From Stramenopiles sp. TOSAG23-2 (lineage: Eukaryota), in contig LT649235.1 of NCBI GenBank assembly GCA_900128395.1, positions 1 through 64,000 of the forward strand: a DNA stretch of 64,000 bases, given 5' to 3'. Made by a program: the position numbers and the translations under genes. The notes under the pieces were generated by a model that was given only the letters and a program-made list of their open reading frames with translations, did no database searches and had not been told where the DNA came from. Every line of letters starts with the position of its first letter. The stretch's first letter is position 1. This document shows, one piece after another, positions 20,649 to 30,500 of the stretch.

Positions 20649-23165
20649 TTATGACACGATACACTTGCACCACTCATTATTATCATTATTATTTTCTGAA
20701 GCTGCTCTTGCCAATCGTCTACGCTGCTCATGTCTTACATAGTTCATTAATATACTTCGCTCCTCTTCATCACCATATTCATCATATTCATCATCATCAG
20801 CATCATCAGCATATTCGGTCTCACTACCATTAAATATGCGAACACCATCTCGTGCATCGTGCTTTCCAGGTACCAATGACATAATCGGAAGAACGAGTGG
20901 AGTGTTCGGATCAACTATAAAGGAGAAATGATCTTGATGTAATCTTTTTCGTCTATTACTATCCATCCTTTCGAATAAACTTGGAGCACTATCTTCATAA
21001 AATAGTAACTCAGGGAAAGCCCTTCGATGTACGCATAGTTTACAAATATCATCCCATTCAAGAGATGATACCGTATTTGAATTACTAGTAATTAGATGCC
21101 ATTGATTGCTATCCGTCTCTGATGCGGACTTAAATGAATAAAAGTGCCCTGTGACAGAGAAACAGATTATTTGTTTGAGCCTATAAATTGCAGTTTCCGC
21201 TCTACGCGTGACGGCTCTAGTTTTTTTTTTAGCTCCTAATGAATCAAAAATTTGCAATAAATCGATTTCAAAATCATCCGTATTCAACATGTTCCATACA
21301 GATTTTGAGCCAAGTGATGCAATTCGTTCCGGCCATGCTCTAACTTGTCCAGGCCATTTTAAACGTATTAAAAACGTACCAGGTCTTTGCAACAAATGAA
21401 ATCGAGGTTCCCGATTTACATCCGTAGCATTTTGCTTATCCGTGCAATACGCACGCCATAATAATAAATCTCTAATAATCTGTGGAAATTCCTTCATACT
21501 AGACATAGATTTATCATTGTCGATTCCACAAACGTCTAATACATCTACTACATCGATATCATGCCAAAAAGATATCATCCCGAGGGGTAAAAATGGCGCA
21601 GGTTGGTTTCGTTTTTGACTCCGTCTAGGACTTCCTGTTGATAAAGTATCGACGTAATATTCTGTTCCTTCATTCCATGTCACAACAAGTTCTTGTGTGA
21701 AAGTAGAAAATCCAGAGTCTTTTTCTTTTAATCGTTTGCTAGATAAAGTTGCTTTAGCTGGCTTTAATTTTTTAGCCGCTAATGTGGAAACACAAGGTTG
21801 CCACCAAACGGAATGATTGGTATTTAAAGATTCTAATCCTCTCATAATACTTTTCGGATTTTCTATTTGGTTATGGCAACTATATAGACTGGCTAAAATA
21901 TCAAAAATGACATCAGCAGCACGATTTAAACGACTTGTATAAACTTGTGACATTGTTGAATATATATCATTGAAATTTAATTGACTACCGGTGATATTAT
22001 TGTTAATATCGTCTTTTGCAACCGAAGATTCATCGTTGTTTATGTTGGATGTATCCTCATCGATCTTTTTTTTATAGCCACTGGCTCCACTTAATATCAT
22101 TTCAAACCCGTTTGTTATAATTTCAGGCGTAAGTGCATCTGGAATATTTGCTGAGCGATCATCAAGAAAAGGTACCAATATATCCATTTTTTCATGTTTT
22201 CCATATTTAATTCTAATTTGAGCCAGTTTCTGCTTTCCACGTGGAAAGTCTCTCATTTTAACGCTTTTCAACGTTGACAACTGAATAGTGCGTAAATTTG
22301 ATTCTTTTTCATTGTTATTATTGATCTGCTTATTTTCTAATCGATCAAGAAATGCTATTGCTATTTCAAAATTTCCATGTAACAATTCATCTTCATCTTT
22401 AATTGACATTGATTTTTTCGAAATATTATTAGATTTATCATCATCGTCATCATTATTATTGCTTATATCGCTTTTGTTATCATCTTCATAACTCTTTTTG
22501 ATCTCGACATCGTTTTCATCATCGTCTTCTTCCTCTTCATCCTCTACATAATCATTATATTGATAATACTTATTACGTCTTAAAGAAAAATAACAAAGTT
22601 CAGAAGAGTCGTTTTTTCTATCATACAATCGGCCCTCAAAACCATATTTTAATGCATCCAAAAATTTATTTACTGCTTGAAGCCATTGTTTGCGCGATTG
22701 CAATACATTGTCCTCTTTTTTTCTTAGGACTGAAGCAGTATCATGACATTGTAAAAATACATCTTTTAAAGCTATATAAATATTCATATCCTCTTGTCCT
22801 GGAGGTGCATTATGCTGCCATTTATATCTTCCTCTAGATGGATCATCTATTCCTATAAATCTCTCACGAAAATTTTTCGCCCACCATAAAGTTCTTAAAA
22901 CTACATTATATATTTCTATTCTATCACTTTCATCTTCAAATAGTGTTGTTTTGCCATTATTATCGGTAGCACCATTTTTATTATAATTATTTTTCTTTTG
23001 TAGATATAATATTTTTGCCTTCGAAGTTGCTCTTCTACTACGCCGACTCATTCTTCTATTTCCTTTTTTCTTATTAACACTTTTCTTTTGGCCCTTTGCT
23101 TTCTCCATTTTTTTTCGACGTGTAGGACGTACGTCATTTTCAATAAAATCAAAGTTTTCAGCCAT
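20649..23165 (-). CDS. USP53/54-like (peptidase C19 fold) protein, probably catalytically inactive, with a C-terminal CaaX box
   Basis: Cys-box-like YNVVLRTLWW..NFR lacks Cys. C-terminal YRLKQIICFSVTGHFYSF...W...WDDICKLC...PELLFYE. Ends WCKCIVS. Confidence 0.6.
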   Translation of the reverse strand: MAENFDFIENDVRPTRRKKMEKAKGQKKSVNKKKGNRRMSRRSRRATSKAKILYLQKKNNYNKNGATDNNGKTTLFEDESDRIEIYNVVLRTLWWAKNFRERFIGIDDPSRGRYKWQHNAPPGQEDMNIYIALKDVFLQCHDTASVLRKKEDNVLQSRKQWLQAVNKFLDALKYGFEGRLYDRKNDSSELCYFSLRRNKYYQYNDYVEDEEEEDDDENDVEIKKSYEDDNKSDISNNNDDDDDKSNNISKKSMSIKDEDELLHGNFEIAIAFLDRLENKQINNNNEKESNLRTIQLSTLKSVKMRDFPRGKQKLAQIRIKYGKHEKMDILVPFLDDRSANIPDALTPEIITNGFEMILSGASGYKKKIDEDTSNINNDESSVAKDDINNNITGSQLNFNDIYSTMSQVYTSRLNRAADVIFDILASLYSCHNQIENPKSIMRGLESLNTNHSVWWQPCVSTLAAKKLKPAKATLSSKRLKEKDSGFSTFTQELVVTWNEGTEYYVDTLSTGSPRRSQKRNQPAPFLPLGMISFWHDIDVVDVLDVCGIDNDKSMSSMKEFPQIIRDLLLWRAYCTDKQNATDVNREPRFHLLQRPGTFLIRLKWPGQVRAWPERIASLGSKSVWNMLNTDDFEIDLLQIFDSLGAKKKTRAVTRRAETAIYRLKQIICFSVTGHFYSFKSASETDSNQWHLITSNSNTVSSLEWDDICKLCVHRRAFPELLFYEDSAPSLFERMDSNRRKRLHQDHFSFIVDPNTPLVLPIMSLVPGKHDARDGVRIFNGSETEYADDADDDEYDEYGDEEERSILMNYVRHEQRRRLARAASENNNDNNEWCKCIVS

Positions 23166-23342
23166 GTTATCTTATATAAAGCATGTGGATGTTATGATAT
23201 TTTATGTTGTTTAATCATGTATATATATATATTATATATCCATAAATATATATATTGTAATCCAAAACTAATAAATAAAAAAAAAAAAAACAACAACAAA
23301 AAATGCCGACGAAGAAATATGATGAGATGATGGCTGGTAAAA

Positions 23343-23402
23343 GCAGGCCCAGCACAGCAGGCCCAGCACAGCAGGCTGGCAGGCCCAGCACAGCAGGCAG
23401 GC
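23343..23402. repeat. GC-rich tandem repeat (GCAGGCCCAGCACA, about 3 copies plus partials) in a divergent spacer
   Basis: gcaggcccagcaca gcaggcccagcaca gcaggctg gcaggcccagcaca gcaggcaggcc. Confidence 0.85.
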
Positions 23403-23901
23403 CTTAGGGCAGGATAGCACGATAGGAACTTTTTTTGTTGTTTTATTAGTGTTATAGTTGCACTTTTTGCATCTTGGGATTTTTTAAGGATAAAAGATTT
23501 CATCATAAATATATATACTCCCGTAGTTTAAAATATAATACAGCACCTAGGTAAATTGAACTACATAGTAAATAGTGCTATAATATGATAAATCATAAAT
23601 CATCATAGCAAAAGCTAAAAAAAAAAAAAACTAGAAAAAAAACCAGAAGATACCAGAAGTGCAGAATACTGTTACGAGTTCTACTACTACTGAATAATAA
23701 TTATTTTTTATTATTATAAAAAAAAAGTATAAGTCTATATTATATAATACATTATTAATATACTATTTAAAATCTTCGATACATTTAAAAAGAAACATTA
23801 CAATATTATTTATTTGATTATATATATATATATATATATTTATTTATCAATAAAAAAATTTAGCACTATAATACAAAAATTGCAAGGAAACTTTAGGGAA
23901 A

Positions 23902-25971
23902 ATGCTGCTTAAACATTCATGGGCTGAGGGACGATTGGGGAGAAAACAAAACGATACATTTACGAAAACACAATTAGATACAAACGAAGGTCTTGCTTAC
24001 AATCAACAAATATACAGGAAGCTACACCATTCTTATGGAAAAACATTTAGAAAATTTAATATAGATAGAAACGATGATACGAAGTTGAACATTCATATTG
24101 ATAATAATGCATACAATACATTATTAAGGAACAAAGAAAAAGACACGTATGATAATATGGATGCTGGTAGAATGTCTACATCAGACTTATTAATATCACC
24201 TATGCGAAGCCAAAAAAAGTCTGCAAACGTTAAAAATAACAATTATCGGCCTCTTGGCGGATATTCGTCGTATTCAAACGAGTCCTACACATGGAGACCA
24301 CGTCACTCAACAACATCACCGAAAGCACGTAAAAAAAGAGAGCAGTTTTATAGAAGCCAGAGAAGTGAAAAATTTTCTGCTATCAATGTCCATAAAAATC
24401 CAACCACCTTGAACAATATCACAAGTACAAATAAAAGCGTCAATACTAGTAATAATAATAATAATGATGGTAAGAGCATATTGCGTACTAAAATGATATC
24501 ATCTCCAGTTAAAGTTGTCCTTCAATCCTCGATACATAGTAATAAGCAAAGGAATAATGATGGAATTAGTACAATAAATGACGATATTACTATTACTACA
24601 AATAATAATTTTTCAAGTTCAAAGACAAAATCATCATTTTTATTAGCATCCAGGCTTGAAAAACCACCTAATTTAATTAACCCAGCTGATGTACATAACT
24701 ATGCACTACAATCAAAAGTAAAAGCACTGGAAAAACAATTAGAAGCAAGCCAACGATATATAAAAGAATTAAAAGCCTCAGAGATAGATGATACTTTAGA
24801 AATCGATCATCTTGGATTATCACATACAACTTTTGAACCAACTCCAGCTACAGAATTTCATGGTGGTAAAACTGGAATATACGGAAAATTATGGGATCAT
24901 GCTGGGTATACAAAAACATTTAAATATGCAACTTGCTGGGAAGCTGGGTCACCACGACACCAATTTTTGCGACGTACATCTTTAGCATCACCAAATCATA
25001 AAATCGTTAGTGTCTTGCAAAAAGAAGAAGGTTTAGACGAAACTATTGATGATCCAGGAGCTTTGAAGCGCCCTAGATTTTCTTTACATGAATCACATGA
25101 ATTACTAAGAGATTTAAAAGATTTAAGAACACTTGCTTTGTTTCGTAATTCAACAGAATTATTTCAAAAACATTATGTATACCCAAGTCATCATGGAAAT
25201 AGGAGTGATTTAACCATGACGCTATCTCCATTTTTATTAATGAAAGTATTTGAGTATTTAAACATCGTTGAATTACGAGAGATGGCATGCACTGAGAAAA
25301 GAATGGTATTGTGGACATCATGCCCAGTTTTGTGGGGAAGGCAAGCTTACGATTTAACTTTGATATTAGAAACTATAGTAGATTGTATACAGCGCACGGA
25401 AGAGTCATATTTGACATATAGACAAGGAAAAAAAGCACTAAGTTTAGTAACGAATGAATGCATCAAGGAAGTTGCAAGGGTTCCTAGACCAGAACGCATA
25501 GTGCGGGATGTAATCACAGCACTTGGATTATTACTGTATGGTAGCACTGATCCATTTTCACAAATCAGAACTAGCATGGATCCACCTGTACAAATGCCTT
25601 TAGTTTCATGGCCTGCATGCCAAAGAATGTTGTCGAAAAAGAATTTTTTGAGGAAATTATTAAAACATAACCCAGCTAATTTCAAGATGAAAAGGTTAAA
25701 ACGATTACGACCATATATTTCACATGATCATTTGAAAGTTGAAATTGTTAAGAAGCATAATAGCGCATTTTCAAAAATTGCTAATTGGATGCATACTTCA
25801 AGCGTTTATTGTATTCGACAGAGACGCTTGGATCGACTTGGTTCTAAAATTCGTGATAAATGGGAGATTGGAAAAGCTGTTTTAAAAGAAAGTAAGCATC
25901 GACAGAAAATTTGGCAGAATGTCGAAGATGGTTGGTTAGATGGTTTATATGCGTATAATACCTTGATATGA
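23902..25971 (+). CDS. F-box protein with a C-terminal dynein stalk microtubule-binding-domain-like region
   Basis: F-box-like LSPFLLMKVFEYLNIVELREMACTEKR...LW. MTBD-like ALSLV..ECIKEV...RPERIVRDVITALGLLL...SWPACQRML...FLRKL...EIVKKHNSAFSKIANWM. Confidence 0.65.
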   Translation: MLLKHSWAEGRLGRKQNDTFTKTQLDTNEGLAYNQQIYRKLHHSYGKTFRKFNIDRNDDTKLNIHIDNNAYNTLLRNKEKDTYDNMDAGRMSTSDLLISPMRSQKKSANVKNNNYRPLGGYSSYSNESYTWRPRHSTTSPKARKKREQFYRSQRSEKFSAINVHKNPTTLNNITSTNKSVNTSNNNNNDGKSILRTKMISSPVKVVLQSSIHSNKQRNNDGISTINDDITITTNNNFSSSKTKSSFLLASRLEKPPNLINPADVHNYALQSKVKALEKQLEASQRYIKELKASEIDDTLEIDHLGLSHTTFEPTPATEFHGGKTGIYGKLWDHAGYTKTFKYATCWEAGSPRHQFLRRTSLASPNHKIVSVLQKEEGLDETIDDPGALKRPRFSLHESHELLRDLKDLRTLALFRNSTELFQKHYVYPSHHGNRSDLTMTLSPFLLMKVFEYLNIVELREMACTEKRMVLWTSCPVLWGRQAYDLTLILETIVDCIQRTEESYLTYRQGKKALSLVTNECIKEVARVPRPERIVRDVITALGLLLYGSTDPFSQIRTSMDPPVQMPLVSWPACQRMLSKKNFLRKLLKHNPANFKMKRLKRLRPYISHDHLKVEIVKKHNSAFSKIANWMHTSSVYCIRQRRLDRLGSKIRDKWEIGKAVLKESKHRQKIWQNVEDGWLDGLYAYNTLI

Positions 25972-26380
25972 AATACGTATGATATATATATTAATATAAT
26001 GAGTAAGAGAACATTATATATATATATATTTCAATAAATTATGATATATATAATAAAAAAAATAATATACGAACTCGTATTATTTTATTAATATAAAATA
26101 ATTCTCTTATTTTATTAAGTTTTTAATTCCTACACTCTTGATATTATATTTATTTAAAATATATATATTAATATTTAATAAAATTTGTATTATATATATT
26201 ATTAGTTTGCAGAGGTGCATTAGAGTTTTACTATATAGTAGGATAGCATATTATTCTTGCGACTGAGTATTGAGCATCATATTACTTAACACGAGAAGTG
26301 TAAAATTATTATAACTTAAGATTTTAACCATTAGTATAATATATATATTTATATGATGTACATATCATCAAAAAATGATT

Positions 26381-27136
26381 TTACAAATTTAGTTTAGCTT
26401 TTTTCCATGTTCTTCTCCACGTTTCATTCGTTTGTACATGATTTTTTCTTACATATTTTGCAACTTTATTTTCAAAATCATTGCATTTATAACTATCCAT
26501 GATACGAACAACAAAACCTTCCGGTTTTGTACCAGAAGTATCTGTTGCCAGTCCACTTTTTAATGTTATAGCCTTATTCATTAGTGTTTCTATTTCTTTT
26601 ATTTTCAAACCTTTTCCCATGTATAATATTGGTGGTAACATCAAATCATATTTTAACGCAAAATCTGCAACTTCTTTCCAACTGTACCATCTATCGCCTT
26701 CTTGAACTGCAAATAAATAGAAAAAAGATTTTAAATTATCATATTCAATTGAATGTATACCAAAGACATTTTCACCAAACAATTTCAAATTAGCTGGAAG
26801 GTTTTCATACCGTAAAATTTGACATAACTCTTTGATTGGGGAAAAACTAGGATGCTTCGCTTCAGCATTATGCGTTCGTGCATATACCATACCTTTAGAC
26901 GGATGAATACAAGCGTTGCCCCCATCTATTTTTTCTGTAATAATTATATCATTTGTTTCAAAAATTGTTAGTGCTTTCGTATCCTTTATTTTAATATCAT
27001 CATCAAAAATGCAAGGTGAAAAGGGTAGATGGGGTGTGCGAGGATATGACTCTGTCATCATTATTACATTATTATTTTCTATTACATTATTGTCGCCATT
27101 TTTGCTATTATTATCGTTATTACTGTTTTTCTTCAT
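26381..27136 (-). CDS. Stand-alone ATP-dependent RNA ligase (nucleotidyltransferase domain only)
   Basis: YPRTPHLPFS; motif I TEKIDGGN; ARTH; motif III LFGEN; IIIa FYLFAV; IV EGFVVR; V AKYVRKNHVQT. Confidence 0.88.
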   Translation of the reverse strand: MKKNSNNDNNSKNGDNNVIENNNVIMMTESYPRTPHLPFSPCIFDDDIKIKDTKALTIFETNDIIITEKIDGGNACIHPSKGMVYARTHNAEAKHPSFSPIKELCQILRYENLPANLKLFGENVFGIHSIEYDNLKSFFYLFAVQEGDRWYSWKEVADFALKYDLMLPPILYMGKGLKIKEIETLMNKAITLKSGLATDTSGTKPEGFVVRIMDSYKCNDFENKVAKYVRKNHVQTNETWRRTWKKAKLNL

Positions 27137-27564
27137 AATATTAGTAGTTGTGTTTCTTTAATTAATTTAAATTATATGTACTTCTTTTCTTTTTATATAT
27201 AATTGTTGATTCAAGTTTATCCACATACACACATACATTATTATACGTCTTATGTACATTTAATAAAAAATCAAAATTAAAAATATATATAATACTGCCA
27301 ATTTAGCACTACGTAGCACTAAAAAAAACTTGACCATCACCATTTGCCATCATCCACCCAAAAGCAAGCTGGGCAAGCCCGGCAAGCACACTATGCACAA
27401 CAAATAATATATAAATAATAATAATACAAGAGCACGTTGCAAATATAATTGAGAGTATAAAAAGCAAAACAATGAGATGACTATATAATGAAATTATAAT
27501 ATACAAACAAAAACTACAAATTACACAAAAAGGAGAGTAACTACAAAAGAGAAAGAAGAAGAAC

Positions 27565-30500
27565 ATGGAAAATAATTATGTCATAAATCACAGAGGAACT
27601 ATTGCTTTAGTTGGTAAGGATATAAACCGAATAGGGTTAGCTAGATATATTGAATTAATCACACTACTCAATACAAAAGCACGTGGCAAAGCATTATCAA
27701 TTGATGTAGATGAATTAAATGAAAACAGAAGAAAAAGAGATGGTGATGGTTATCATATGACTTTAATTTCAAAAAATGAAATAGCGCAAGCACAGGAATT
27801 TTTAGCTATCGATGGAATCAAAGTGTCATTGCTAGAATTTGTTTCTGAATATATTAATGAAAGCACTGTATATGCCCATAATTGGTTTAGCTTTGGAGTG
27901 GGTGAGATATATGGTAATACTGCACAAGCATATTTTGATATTTGTTTGTATCCCAGAGCGTTGGCATTAAGGAGGCGGCTTGGTTTATCTACAAAATATG
28001 GTTTTCATATAACGATTGGTTTTATAAATGCAGATGTACATAAAAGATATAAATCATTTCAACATTTGATGAATATGGATTCATTACAAAATAGTAGTAC
28101 ACACCATACAATACCTGAACTGCTACAAGCTGCAAAATATTTATTGCAGCATGAAATAGATAAAAATGATAAAAGTAGGGATGGCCTGAACGATGAAGGT
28201 ATTAAAGGTCTTTTAAATGCTGCTGATTTGATATATAATGCTCAAAACCACCACGTGGAAGAGATCAAATCTACCATCACGGCTAATGATGAAAAATTAA
28301 TTGAGATTGCACTGATGAAAATTCGATTGAAAAATAAAGTTGGAGATTATGATGATTTATTATTTATTGCAGATAAAATTTTATCGATTCCAAAATTTCA
28401 AGATATAGATATTTTAAAAGTGCCAAATATTTATAAATTGATTACTATTATATCATCATTCAAAGGTGCTGCACTTGTTCGCCTTGGTAATTTCTTAAAT
28501 GCTATACAAACATTAGAATTATCGTACAAAATGGAAAATATTTTGTTGAATTATTTTGAGGAGAAAGAAGATGCAACCAATGCAAATGCTAAAAAACAAT
28601 GTAAAAAACGAGTGGAAAGATTACGAGCATTGATGAAAAAATGTAAACAAAACCTTGGTGGGAAACTTTTTACTCCAAAACTATATAAATTTCCTCGGAC
28701 ACGGCATATTGGAGATGCTGCTGAAAATGTTGTAGATTGGGGAAAGAAAACTACAAATAACAATGGCAGCAATAAGCAATCTGCAGTTACACGGGATGAT
28801 TTATTACTGGATCAATCGGAAATAGCAACATTATGCGATGGCAAAACTGAAATTAGATTGCAAGAAAAAATTGATGGTGCTAATCTTGGAATTTCCATTG
28901 GACATAACGGTCAAATTTATTGTCAAAATCGTAGTAAATATATTTCATCACAAGACTCACCACAATATGGTCTTTTAGACCAATGGTTAAGAGTCCATGG
29001 AACAATACTGCATATGTTGCTAGAACCTGGTCGTCATATTTTATTTGGTGAATGGGTTGTAGCCCGACACTCTATACCATACTTGAAATTACCTGGGTAT
29101 TTTATAGCATTTGATCTATATGATTCCGTTATGGAGAAATTTTGTAGTGTTAAAGAATTTCATCGTCAATTGAAAGAAGTTTCCACCAAATTAAGTTTGC
29201 CACAGTCACCATTACCAGTTGTTCCTACAATTGTTACACGAACTTTTAATAAACCGGATGAAATGTTGCCATATTTAGAAACAAAATCACAATTTAGAAA
29301 TGATAACTCTACTGTTGAAGGCATATACTTGCGTGTAGATAAAGCCAAATGGCTGAACAAACGGTGTAAATTAGTACGACCAGATTTTATTCATGGCATC
29401 AAGGAAGGTCATTGGATGAAGAGAAAAATGGAGAAAAATAAAATAGATTTTAATTTTTCAATACAATATTTAACTAATTGTTTAGAAGTTATGGACGAAA
29501 ATGATGGTGATGATCGTGACAAAGATAATAACATTGGTAAAAAAGAAGTATTTAATAATAACAATTGCAACAATAACAACAATAAGGGATCCAACGATAA
29601 ACTGTTCAATACTCGTCAACGATTACAATTAAAAATAAATGAAAACGAAACGATTCGGATGATGAGAAATTTTTCATATGTGATACCAAATGAGTTAGCC
29701 GGAGCATCAACTCCTAATTGTCAGAAACATATTGATGGTTTGGAACATTTAGGAATAACATTAGTAATTACATTGACGGAAGAAGAGCCATTAGTAGAAG
29801 ATTGGTTTAAAAAAAAAAGGAAGATCCGCAATGTGTTTTTTCCTGTACCTAATTATAATCCACCATCCATAGAACAAATGGAAGCAATTGATAGTGTTGT
29901 TCGCAAAGAAATTTTACGTGGTGGACAAGTTTTAGTGCATTGTGGTGGTGGAAAAGGACGTGCTGGATCTGTTATAAGTTGCTTGTTGATAAAATATGGA
30001 TTAAATGGTATAAAAAACCAAATTTTAAAAGAAGCTAGAACCGATGAAATAGATGGAGCCTTTTTTTCATCTGAACAAGTTATGAAGATAGTAAGAGATA
30101 TGCGACCAGGCTCCGTTGAGACAACAAGACAAGAACAGTTCATACGAGATTATACCAAATATGTTTGGAAATTGTTCTATTATAGTCATAGTAATGCTAA
30201 AGCTAGTAACAATAATAATAATAATAATAATAATAACGCATGTATAGCACCTCCGAATTTAAAGAGACAATTGTCTGATAACGGTTCTAATTCAGAGGAA
30301 AGTTTTCAATCAGCATCGGATCTAGTGGACACATTGGTTTCGAATCCTGCAAGTATCAAAAGAATGGAAAAGAAGAAGAAAAAGCAAAGAAATAGTGAAA
30401 AAAAAGCTATGAAACATGCGCAATCAAAAGTGCCTAAATTTTTAATTCTATGTGGATTTCCTGGAAGCGGGAAATCAACATTTGCGAAGGAAATGGTTTT

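Noticed and set aside
23343-23402. CRISPR-like array
   Set aside because: 14-bp contiguous units, no unique spacers, no cas genes, eukaryotic context.
23088-23506. Short ORFs in intergenic spacers (also 27309-27566, 31163-31390, 33621-34067, 46028-46586, 48092-48331)
   Set aside because: I/Y/F/K-rich translations of AT-rich UTR or promoter DNA with no protein-like motifs.
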